DNA of 64,000 bases from Gammaproteobacteria bacterium (GCA_018819105.1 JAHJQV010000018.1:47787-111786), one strand, 5' to 3'. Positions 39,814 to 50,076 are shown, counted from the first letter of the stretch. Notes: generated by a model from the sequence alone, not told the origin. Program-made: numbers and translations.

Positions 39814-41897
39814 CGCTGGCTGTCGTTGATCTGCTCAAGGCTTTCCCGAGCCTGGGATACAAAGGGATGGTCTTCGCCAAGGGTGTTCGTGGCGATACTC
39901 AGTGCTTTCTGCAGATCGGCCCTGGCGAGCACGAACTCGCCCTGCAGTTCGCGCAACTCAGCGCGGGCGTGAAGCAGAAAGGCAGCATAGGGATGCTGCG
40001 TTCCAAAGGCTCGCTCTACAATCTCAAGAGACGCATCGTAGGCGGTTTCAGCCCGTTCGAGCCGGCCCAGGTCGGTGTAGATCATGCCAAGGTTGTTCCA
40101 GTTCGCCGCCAGATCCTGATCCATATCGGCACCGGGAAGTAAGCGCCTGACCTCAACCACTCGTTCCAGCATCATTGCCGACTCTTCCAGTCTGCCCTGA
40201 TCGCTCAGCGCAATTGCAAGCTGGTTGAGCGCGCTGGCGTGCAAGTCAGGCGTCGCGTTGGAGAGTCCATCCAGCACATCGAGAGCGTCGCGAGCCAGCT
40301 GCTCCGATCGGGCGTAGTTTTCCAGTCGGTATTCGGCCTTGGCCAGCTCAAGAAGACTGCCCGCATGGGATTCGCGATCCGTGCCGCCACGCCGTGAAAT
40401 CTCTACCGCTTCGGCCAGTGCATCGCGGGCGCGGTCATGGTCACCGCGCACTTGCAGCACGCCGCCAACGGCGGTCAGCACCGCGTTTCGCTCGGTGTCG
40501 CTCAGGCTTTCATTCTGGCGCAACCGTTCCAGGCCACGATCAAGCATCTCCGCAGCGGTATAGTCCCGCTCCGCGCGAGTGGGATCAGCCAGGCTAAACA
40601 GATCGGTGAGAAAGTTTGTCGTGGCCTGCGCGCGGTCACGCTCGAGGCTGAGAGCCTTCGACTGTTCGGCAATGCGTGATGCGGTCAGCGAGGCGAACAC
40701 GCCAAAGCCGATGGCGACCAGAAAAAGCGCGGTTGCAAACGAAGCGCTCCAGCGATTGCGGAGCAGGAACTTTCCCGCCCGGTAGGCCAGCGTGTCGGGT
40801 CTGGCCCTTACCGGCTGACCATGCAACCAACGTGTCAGATCGTCGGCGAGCGCTTCGGCGGAGCGATAGCGCCGCTGCGGCTCTGGATGCAGCGCCTGCT
40901 GGCAGATGGTATCCAGATCCCCGCGCAGTTTGCGGCGCAGACCCTCGGCCTTCTCGCCTCTGAGATGCGCGTGCTCGGGGACGACGCATTCCGAGGGTCT
41001 GGGTGGCCTCGGGTCCGATTGTTCTCCATGCAACTCTAATGGTGGTCGCTGGCCGCTCAATAGCTGAAATAGCAGCCTGCCCAATTGATAGACATCGGTG
41101 GCAGTGGTGACCATCCCACCTGACAGTTGCTCCGGGCTGGCGAAGTCTGGTGTAAATAGACCCGTGGCATCGGTCAGGTTATCGTCGGCATGCAATAACT
41201 TGGCGATGCCGAAATCGAGCAGGACCGGCACCCCCTGTGGGGTGACCAGGATATTGGCTGGTTTGATGTCGCGGTGAATCACCAGATTCTGATGCGCGAA
41301 CTGGACAGATTCGCAGATCGGAATCATCAGGCACAGCCGCTCGTCTACCGATAGCTTGTGCGTATCACTGTACTCGTCCACCGCGCTTGCCCCTTCAAGG
41401 TAGTGCATCGCGAACCACGGACGACCATCTCCGGTGACGCCGCCATCCAGTATCGATGCGATATTGGGGTGATTGAGCGCTGCGAGTATCCGTCGTTCGG
41501 CATGAAAACGATTGATAATGGTTTCCGAGTTCATGCCGAGAGCAATGACCTTGATCGCTGCATACTGGGAGAAGTCTTCACCGATGCGCTCGCCCAGGTA
41601 CACGGCGCCCATGCCACCGCGATCAATCCGGCTGCGGATGATCCAGGCACCGAGAGACTCACCAATCAGCGGGTCGTCGCCAAGAGCACTTTCTGGCCCG
41701 ATCGCTACAGTAACCGGCAGTGGCTGTTCAAGGAAGTCCGGATCGGAATCGAATTGCCGGATAAGGGACTCAAGTTCGGCGCGGAACGCCGGATCGCCAT
41801 CGCCAAGTCGCTCAAGCAGGCCTGCACGAACTTCGGATCGGGAGCTGGCAAGCGCATACAACGCTGTTTGCAGCCTTTGCCAAGTATCCTTTTCCAT
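39810..41897 (-). CDS. membrane Ser/Thr protein kinase with a C-terminal TPR domain
   Basis: Hanks kinase motifs RGGMGAVYLG, AIKVI, HRDIKPANIL, DFGIAK. One TM helix (ATALFLVAIGFGVFASL), then about 300 aa of TPR-like repeats. The N-terminal WQRLQTALYALAS...DPAFRAELESLIRQ segment is typical of sigma-linked kinases. Start is 41897 (MEKDTW) or 41936. Confidence 0.9.
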   Translation of the reverse strand: MEKDTWQRLQTALYALASSRSEVRAGLLERLGDGDPAFRAELESLIRQFDSDPDFLEQPLPVTVAIGPESALGDDPLIGESLGAWIIRSRIDRGGMGAVYLGERIGEDFSQYAAIKVIALGMNSETIINRFHAERRILAALNHPNIASILDGGVTGDGRPWFAMHYLEGASAVDEYSDTHKLSVDERLCLMIPICESVQFAHQNLVIHRDIKPANILVTPQGVPVLLDFGIAKLLHADDNLTDATGLFTPDFASPEQLSGGMVTTATDVYQLGRLLFQLLSGQRPPLELHGEQSDPRPPRPSECVVPEHAHLRGEKAEGLRRKLRGDLDTICQQALHPEPQRRYRSAEALADDLTRWLHGQPVRARPDTLAYRAGKFLLRNRWSASFATALFLVAIGFGVFASLTASRIAEQSKALSLERDRAQATTNFLTDLFSLADPTRAERDYTAAEMLDRGLERLRQNESLSDTERNAVLTAVGGVLQVRGDHDRARDALAEAVEISRRGGTDRESHAGSLLELAKAEYRLENYARSEQLARDALDVLDGLSNATPDLHASALNQLAIALSDQGRLEESAMMLERVVEVRRLLPGADMDQDLAANWNNLGMIYTDLGRLERAETAYDASLEIVERAFGTQHPYAAFLLHARAELRELQGEFVLARADLQKALSIATNTLGEDHPFVSQARESLEQINDSQR

Positions 41898-42318
41898 ACG
41901 GCAGCAATAGACCTGACTGTGATGACGCACAATCATTGCAACGATACTGAGTTGGTGTCAAGTCCGATGTCTCTGAATGCACCGTACAACAGTGGCCTTG
42001 AACTGATATCGCATTGGGGAAGACAGGTTTCATCAAATCATTGGCAGCAAAAGCTCTATCCGGGAGGCAGCGGCAAAGCTTGACAACAAGTTTCTGCAGG
42101 GCATCACTACGGCTGAGCGATTGTTCCCGCAGCGGATTTAGCTGAATTCCCACTTATCGACATAATCGGCCTTGGTCGAGGTTTGGCGTGCCTTGCACGT
42201 CGGTTTTACGGCCAGATTGAACCTTTCTGACTGCTATCAGGATAGTTGACTACGTAAATCTGTTGCCGTCAACATTGTTGGGCAATGTATAGGTTTCACT
42301 GCTTGCGGTATGGGTGTC

Positions 42319-42400
42319 CACGACTATCCCACGACTATCCTCCTCCACGACTATCCTCCACGACTATCCTGGGTGTCCACGACTATCCACACGACTATCC
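42319..42400. repeat. array of six direct CACGACTATCC 11-mers
   Basis: Copies at 42319, 42330, 42346, 42359, 42378 and 42390. Two are preceded by tgggtgtc (42311 and 42370). The last copy runs directly into the right 208-bp repeat. A degenerate inverted copy (ggatagttg) sits near 42240. Confidence 0.85.
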
Positions 42401-42596
42401 ACTGACCGCCAAAGCCTACAGCCCGGTGCGCGGCGAAGGCCAGTACATCGTTGATGACAGCATCTACACCGAACGCAATTTCGGCGTCATCAGGATCAGC
42501 GGCCCTGCCGAACGTCGCCGCCTGCAGATGATCCTGCACGACGCCAATGGCCGCGAGGTGTGGTCTACCCGGATTGATGCCGAGGAACTGCAGTGA
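42399..42596 (+). pseudogene. orphan 3' fragment (last 65 codons plus stop) of the PhoD-like gene
   Basis: Encodes PLTAKAYSPVRGEGQYIVDDSIYTERNFGVIRISGPAERRRLQMILHDANGREVWSTRIDAEELQ, identical to the C-terminus of 30590..31993. The track ORF 42285..42596 is only this fragment fused to the 11-mer array. Confidence 0.85.
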
Positions 42597-42606
42597 GGCG
42601 GCATGT
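42399..42606. repeat. right copy of the 208-bp direct repeat
   Basis: See 31796-32003; 207 of 208 identical. Confidence 0.9.
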
Positions 42607-42725
42607 GCTGTCTTTCTGGGTTAGTTGGTCATGCCAGCCTGAAACACAAAATCACCAGGGCTCGGCTTGTTGCAGTCCGAAGCAATAATGTTTAAACTTC
42701 GTCTAAACATACCCTGTATATCGCC

Positions 42726-42980
42726 ATGACCGAAACTGTTCTCGAAATTAAACACTGGGGCAACAACCTCGGCGTGCGGCTGCCTGCCGCCATAGCCCGT
42801 GCTGCAGATCTGCACGCAGATCAACGTGTGCGCATCACCGTGGAGGGCGAGCGCATCATCATTACCCCGCTGCAGGAAGAGCACTTGAGCCTGCAACAAC
42901 GGCTGACCAGATTTGATCCAGATCGGCATGGTGGCGAAGCCATGGCCGAAAGTGGCTATATTGGTGCAGAGCTATGGTAA
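42726..42980 (+). CDS. mazE: MazE/AbrB-fold antitoxin
   Basis: 84 aa. IKHWGNNLGVRLPAAIARAADLHADQRVRITVEGERIIITP is the SpoVT/AbrB swapped-hairpin motif. Overlaps the toxin gene by 7 nt. Confidence 0.85.
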   Translation: MTETVLEIKHWGNNLGVRLPAAIARAADLHADQRVRITVEGERIIITPLQEEHLSLQQRLTRFDPDRHGGEAMAESGYIGAELW

Positions 42981-43348
42981 AAGCCGACAATTGGGTTCCG
43001 CAACGACAGGATGTCATCTGGATTGACTGCAACCCGCAGCGTGGACAAGAAATGCGCGACATACACCCTTTTCTGGTGCTGTCACCTGAAGCCTTCAACC
43101 AGCGCACCTCATTGGTTATAGGTCTGCCGATGACAACTGCATCCTACAACACTGACAACCCTTTCGCCGTGGACGTGGGCGTGGCCAAAGGACGCAAAGC
43201 CGGGCAAGCGAGTTATGTGCTATGCCACCAGCCCAAATCCTTCGACTGGCGTCGTCGTAGAGGCGCGAAACATCCCATGAAAAAATTGAGCGATGCCCGC
43301 TTTGCCGAAGTGCTGACTGTGCTTAACCAGATCATCCAGCTGGCTTGA
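42974..43348 (+). CDS. mazF: MazF/PemK family endoribonuclease toxin
   Basis: 124 aa. PQRQDVIWIDCNPQRGQEMRDIHPFLVLSP...SLVIGLPMTT... is PemK-like. Confidence 0.9.
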   Translation: MVKADNWVPQRQDVIWIDCNPQRGQEMRDIHPFLVLSPEAFNQRTSLVIGLPMTTASYNTDNPFAVDVGVAKGRKAGQASYVLCHQPKSFDWRRRRGAKHPMKKLSDARFAEVLTVLNQIIQLA

Positions 43349-43643
43349 TTGGCAACTCATGAGTGTGCATGCAGCTGGGTTTAGCTGATGTCGGGAGGCT
43401 ACATGCAGCAAGATGCACAATGGTCGATGTATAGATTGTGGCTCTCCAATCCATTCGCTACCTTTGCCGAGCTATCTGTAGCCGTCACGCTTGGCATATT
43501 GTTATCCTCGACTACGCCTGCGACACTCGAAGCGAACGCGTAGGGACTGTAGATAAGTTTGTGTAACCGCCCATTGATATCCTCAGGTGGTTGATTTCGA
43601 CGCCATAACGCCCGGGTTAACCGGGTCCGAGTTGAACCGGTTG

Positions 43644-43853
43644 TCAGGCAACTTCGACGTATTCGACTTGGCTGCTTGGAGGCGGTATTGCCTCGCCGTC
43701 CTCCCTCATACCATCAAGGTGAAATTCAATAGCTTCCCGAATTTGCTGTTCTACCTCCTCGAATGTTGCTCCGGTAGCAACACAGCCCGGCAAGTCCGGG
43801 ACATATGCAGAGTAGTTGCTTATTGCTCTTTCGATAACAATTGCGTACTTCAT
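43644..43853 (-). CDS. hicB: HicB family antitoxin
   Basis: 69 aa. MKYAIVIERAISNYSAYVPDLPGCVATGATFEEVEQQIREAIEFHLDGM is the HicB/UPF0150 fold signature. Confidence 0.85.
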   Translation of the reverse strand: MKYAIVIERAISNYSAYVPDLPGCVATGATFEEVEQQIREAIEFHLDGMREDGEAIPPPSSQVEYVEVA

Positions 43854-43861
43854 AAGCGCAC

Positions 43862-44047
43862 CTATTTCCAGCCGGCCTGCTTGTAAATGCTATCCACGGT
43901 TCCGACAGCCAAATCGTCGCCAGGCTTTCCAGGCACCGTCACCCGGCCCGATCTCGTGGGGTGTTTGAACTGCCGATGACTGCCTCGTGTCGAATAATGA
44001 TACCAGCCATCTTCCTTCAACTTTCGAAGAATATCACGTACTTTCAT
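43862..44047 (-). CDS. hicA: HicA mRNA interferase toxin
   Basis: 61 aa. MKVRDILRKLKEDGWYHYSTRGSHRQFKHP...VTVPGKPGDDLAVGT is the HicA signature. Confidence 0.9.
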   Translation of the reverse strand: MKVRDILRKLKEDGWYHYSTRGSHRQFKHPTRSGRVTVPGKPGDDLAVGTVDSIYKQAGWK

Positions 44048-44404
44048 CTATTCCGAACAGCTCACAGATAGCCCCGAATTTGTTCGCCTAACTTGAACAT
44101 GGTGGATGAAATCGCCGGGTATTGAATATCGGGACAGAAACGCTACTTATGCTTGCGCCGTTACTCAGATCGTGGCTTATCCTGCTGAAATATCGGGCAG
44201 TTTCCATAACTTCTGCCGGCAATCTCTGCCTTTTCCTACGAATATTGTCAACTTTTCCTAGCTTCCGAATCGACACATCCTGATTGACCTGCTCAGCCTC
44301 CCTGCTGGAATGATGCATCATAACCAAAGAAGAGGCAAGTGCAGGCATGGGTGAGAAGCTTCTTGACCGAATGCCTAGGTCGAAGCACCCATCCTTCATA
44401 CTTG

Positions 44405-44558
44405 TGCCGGATGCGCTGTGCTTGACCGGCTCACATTTGATTGACCGTACCTGTTTTTGCCGGATGCGCTGTGCTTATCCGGCCTACGGGTTGGGTCGAT
44501 CAGTCGATGGTTTTTGCCGGACGCGCAGATTACATCCGGCCAACATTGGGTTGACTGT
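44405..44558. repeat. three tandem REP hairpins (enterobacterial-REP-like sequence), period about 53-57 bp
   Basis: tgccggatgcgctgtgcttgaccggc (44405-44430), tgccggatgcgctgtgcttatccggc (44458-44483), tgccggacgcgcagattacatccggc (44515-44540). Each has a GCCGGA...TCCGGC stem and a related about 20-nt tail. Immediately downstream of the prpC stop. Confidence 0.75.
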
Positions 44559-44569
44559 ATCGCCGAAGT

Positions 44570-45693
44570 TCAACGCTCACCAATGGCCACCACCTCACGC
44601 TTGTCCGGGCCGATGTAGTCGGCGCTGGGGCGGATGATGCGGTTGTTGTTGCGCTGTTCCATGACGTGGGCGGCCCAGCCGGTGAGTCGCGACATGACGA
44701 AGATCGGTGTGAACAGTTTGGTGGGTATGCCCATGTAGTGGTAGGCTGAGGCGTGGAAGAAGTCGGCGTTGGCGAACAGTTTTTTCTCGTCCCACATGAT
44801 GCGCTCAATGCGGTCGGACACATCAAACAGCAGTTTGTTGCCGGTTTCCTTGGCCAGTTGTCGAGACCATTCCTTGATGATGGCATTGCGGGGATCACGC
44901 TCGCGGTAGACGGCGTGGCCGAAGCCCATGATTTTTTCCTTGGCCTGCAGCATCCGCGCCACGTCCTGTTCGGCCTGCTCCACCGATCTGTACTGTTCCA
45001 GCATGGCCATGGCGGCCTCGTTGGCGCCGCCGTGCAGCGGGCCGCGCAGTGTGCCGATGGCAGCGGTGATGCAGGAATGCAGATCCGACAGCGTGGAAGC
45101 ACACACCCTGGCGGCAAAGGTGGAGGCGTTGAACTCGTGCTCGGCGTACAGGATCAGCGACACATCCATGACCTTGCTGTGCAGTTCGCTGGGGGCCACG
45201 CCGTGCAGCAGACGCAGGAACTGCGCACCGATGCCGTCATCGTCGGTGTCGGTGTCGATGCGCACGTTGTCGTGGCTGTAGCGATACCAGTACAGCAGCA
45301 TGCCCGGCAGCGTTGCCAGCAGCCGGTCGATGTGATCCAGTTGCTGGGCGAAATCGCTTTCTGTTTCCAGGTTGCCCAGCAGCGAGCAGCCGGTGCGCAG
45401 CACGTCCATGGGATGGGCGTCGGCGGGAATCTGCTCCAGCACGGTTTTCAGCGCTTGCGGCAGTGCGCGCAGACCCTGCAGGCGCTTGACGTAGCTGTCC
45501 AGCTCGCTCTGTTTGGGCAATTCGCCACGCAGCAGCAGCCAGGCGACCTCGTTGAAGCTGGCCTGTTCGGCCAGATCGCGCACGTCGTAACCGCGATATC
45601 GCAGGCTGTTGCCGGCCGCGCCGACGGTACAGATGCTGGTTTCGCCAGCCGACTGGCCACGCAGGCCGGCACCGGTGTTCTGCTTGATCATGT

Positions 45694-45697
<4 letters not shown>
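44570..45697 (-). CDS. prpC: 2-methylcitrate synthase
   Basis: 375 aa citrate-synthase family. [16 protein letters not shown]...SLRYRGYDV is typical of PrpC. GFGHAVY catalytic motif. 4-nt overlap with prpB. Confidence 0.9.
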
Positions 45698-47684
<1,987 letters not shown>

Positions 47685-47774
47685 TCAAGGGCTGAGACTG
47701 CAGGCCGACAAGACAAATCGGCCGCGTGCACCAGCGGCCGCTGTTGCGTGCTCTATGAGATGTGTGGTGACCGC

Positions 47775-48917
47775 TCAGTGCGGCGCTTGCAGCTGCTGCA
47801 CGATGCGCAGAAACAGATCCGCACCGATGTTGATCAGCTGGTCGGGGAAATCGTAATCGGGGTTGTGCAGATCGGCATGGTCCTCGCCGGCCCCCAGCCC
47901 GAACAGCGCACCGCTGACCTGCTGTGTGTAATAGCCAAAATCCTCCGACCAGCGCATTGGTGCCGGCATCGGGATCAGCTCGGCCTGGCACTGCGCTGCC
48001 GCCGCGCGGACCTGCTCGACCCCGGCAGGGTGGTTGACGGTGGCGGGGAAATAGTCCTCATAGCTGAACTCATGCTGCAGCGACTGCTCGGCGCACACGG
48101 CCGCGGTGCGCAACCTGACCTGCTCTTCCAGCGTGGCCAGGGTGGCGTCGTGCTCGCTGCGCAGGGTCAGATAGATTTCTGCCTGTCCGGGCGTGTTGCC
48201 AAAGGTCTTGTCGCCCAGTCTGGCACCGACCACGGTGATCATGGCCAGCTCCTGATCGGCAAACGGCTGCGCCAGCAGTGGCAGCAGTTGCAGCAGGCTG
48301 ATCACCGCAGCGGTCGGGGCGATGCCGGTTTCCGGCTGGCCGGCGTGCGCGGTCTTGCCGCTGAGCCGGATGATGACGCCGCGCGAGGCGCAGCACATGG
48401 TGCCGGGCCTGACAATGACACTGCCGAGCGGATAACCTGGCATGTTGTGCAGGGCAAACACGTGCTCCGGCTGATGCTGCAGGTACTGCTCGTCGCGGCA
48501 CACGGCCACCGCACCCAGCCCGGTTTCCTCGGCCGGCTGGAACAGCAGCTGCACCCGGCCGGCCACCAGTGGTTGCTGCTGCAGACGCCGCGCCACCTCC
48601 AGCAGAATGGTCATGTGGCCGTCGTGACCGCATTTGTGCGCCACCCCGGGATGCACGGAGCAGTAATCGAAGCGGTTGGTTTCGCGAATCGGCAGCGCAT
48701 CCAGCTCGCAGCGCAGCAGAATATGCGGCCCGGGCTGGTGGCCCTGAAAAATGGCCATGACGCCATGCCCGGCAATGCCGGTGAGCAGTTCATCCGGGCC
48801 GTAGGTGCTGAGCACGGCGGCAATGGTGGCGGCAGTGTGGTGCTCCTGGCCGGACAGCTCCGGGCTCTGATGCAGGCTGTGCCGCAGCGGCTGCAGATCA
48901 GACACCGGCTCAGCCAT
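47775..48917 (-). CDS. M20D-family amidohydrolase (aminoacylase/hippurate-hydrolase type)
   Basis: HQSPELSGQEHHTA..., LRCELDALPI, AHKCGHDGH, FQPAEE motifs. Confidence 0.8.
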   Translation of the reverse strand: MAEPVSDLQPLRHSLHQSPELSGQEHHTAATIAAVLSTYGPDELLTGIAGHGVMAIFQGHQPGPHILLRCELDALPIRETNRFDYCSVHPGVAHKCGHDGHMTILLEVARRLQQQPLVAGRVQLLFQPAEETGLGAVAVCRDEQYLQHQPEHVFALHNMPGYPLGSVIVRPGTMCCASRGVIIRLSGKTAHAGQPETGIAPTAAVISLLQLLPLLAQPFADQELAMITVVGARLGDKTFGNTPGQAEIYLTLRSEHDATLATLEEQVRLRTAAVCAEQSLQHEFSYEDYFPATVNHPAGVEQVRAAAAQCQAELIPMPAPMRWSEDFGYYTQQVSGALFGLGAGEDHADLHNPDYDFPDQLINIGADLFLRIVQQLQAPH

Positions 48918-50076
48918 TGCCGTGCTCCGAAGTGTTGTAATGCAGCGCCTGCTGCAGATCGGCGATCAGATCGGCAGCATCTTCAATGCCCACCGACAGC
49001 CGCAGCAGGTATTCATCGACACCTTCTGCCACACAGCGGGGCGACTCGACCCGGGCGTGCGAGGTCAGCAGCGGCTGGCAGATGGTGGTTTCCACCCCGC
49101 CCAGGCTGACCGCCGAGGCAATCAGCTGCAATCGGCGTTCGACCATGTCGGCGGTCAGCGGCGGCTTTACCCGCAGTCCGAGCATGGCACCGAAGGCCTG
49201 CATCTGCGCTGCCGCAATGGCATGACCGGGATGGCTGGCCAGGCCGGGATAATCCACTTCGGCCACGGCCGGATGCTGCGCCAGCATGTCGGCAATGGCC
49301 ATGGCGTTGGCGGCCTGCTGGCGCACGCGCACGGCCAGCGTTTTCATGCTGCGCTCCAGCCACCAGGCATCCTGGGCGTTCATGGTCGCGCCCATGCGCA
49401 CCGCCAGCGCCCGCACCGGCTTTAGCAGTGCTGCGCTGCCCACCACGGCACCGGCGATCAGGTCGCTGTGCCCGCCGAGATACTTGGTGGCGCTGTGGAT
49501 GACCAGGTCGGCACCAAGATCAATCGGGTTTTGCAGGATTGGCGTGGCAAAGGTGTTGTCGATGATCACCAGCACGCCCTGTTGCGCCGCCTGCCGGCAG
49601 AGCTTGCGCAGATCGACAATGCGCAGACGCGGGTTGGTGGGCGATTCCAGATAAATGGCCCGGCTGCGCTCGCTGCAGGCGGCCAGCAGCGCATCGGCAT
49701 CGGCGGCAATCCGTTTCACGGCAATGCCCAGTCGCGGCATGCAGCTGCTGAACAGATCGTCGCTGCCGCCATAAATGCCCTCGGCCACCACCAGCTCGTC
49801 GCCAGGCTGCAGATGCGCCTGCAGCACACAGTGCACGGCGGCCAGCCCGGAAGCGAACATGAGACCGCATTCAGCGTGTTCCAGCGCCGCGATCTTGGCC
49901 GCCACTGCCTGCTGGTTGGGCGTGTTGGTGTAGCGCGGGTACGGCACCTCGGCGGCATCCAGGTAGCGGTAGGCGCTGTCGGCATACAGCGGTGAGTTCA
50001 TGCCGCCGACCGGATTCTCCAGCGTGCCGGCATGCACGGCCAGCGTGGCGCTGCTGCGTTGTCTGCTCATGGTCAT
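48910..50076 (-). CDS. Cys/Met-metabolism PLP-dependent enzyme (cystathionine gamma-synthase / beta-lyase family)
   Basis: 388 aa. PLP-lysine region VIHSATKYLGGHSDLIAG. 8-nt overlap with the downstream amidohydrolase gene. Confidence 0.85.
   Translation of the reverse strand: MTMSRQRSSATLAVHAGTLENPVGGMNSPLYADSAYRYLDAAEVPYPRYTNTPNQQAVAAKIAALEHAECGLMFASGLAAVHCVLQAHLQPGDELVVAEGIYGGSDDLFSSCMPRLGIAVKRIAADADALLAACSERSRAIYLESPTNPRLRIVDLRKLCRQAAQQGVLVIIDNTFATPILQNPIDLGADLVIHSATKYLGGHSDLIAGAVVGSAALLKPVRALAVRMGATMNAQDAWWLERSMKTLAVRVRQQAANAMAIADMLAQHPAVAEVDYPGLASHPGHAIAAAQMQAFGAMLGLRVKPPLTADMVERRLQLIASAVSLGGVETTICQPLLTSHARVESPRCVAEGVDEYLLRLSVGIEDAADLIADLQQALHYNTSEHGNG

Noticed and set aside
41812-42153. 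113-aa minus-strand ORF upstream of the kinase
   Set aside because: It overlaps the kinase 5' end in another frame and gives a Cys/Ser-rich nonsense-like sequence. It is more likely the promoter or leader region.
42285-42596. 103-aa ORF as a real gene
   Set aside because: Its C-terminal 65 residues are an exact copy of the PhoD-like C-terminus, and its N-terminus is just a translation of the 11-mer repeat array. It is annotated as a gene fragment instead.
43590-43643. Terminator hairpin downstream of hicB (cccgggttaaccggg)
   Set aside because: The stem is only about 5 bp with no U-tract, which is too weak to call.
44088-44399. 103-aa minus-strand ORF between hicA and the REP cluster
   Set aside because: No start context, no motif, odd composition. 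At most a decayed remnant.
42319-44558. Tandem repeats (11-mer array, triple REP) as a CRISPR array
   Set aside because: The 11-mer units are far too short and irregularly spaced. The REP copies are imperfect hairpins with related rather than unique intervening sequence. No cas genes are present.
26981-44569. Island as a prophage or ICE
   Set aside because: There is no integrase, no phage structural genes, no conjugation or relaxase genes, and no tRNA target. Only direct repeats, TA modules and REPs are present.
47748-49109. 453-aa plus-strand ORF
   Set aside because: Antisense to the M20 amidohydrolase and the 3' end of the transsulfuration gene.
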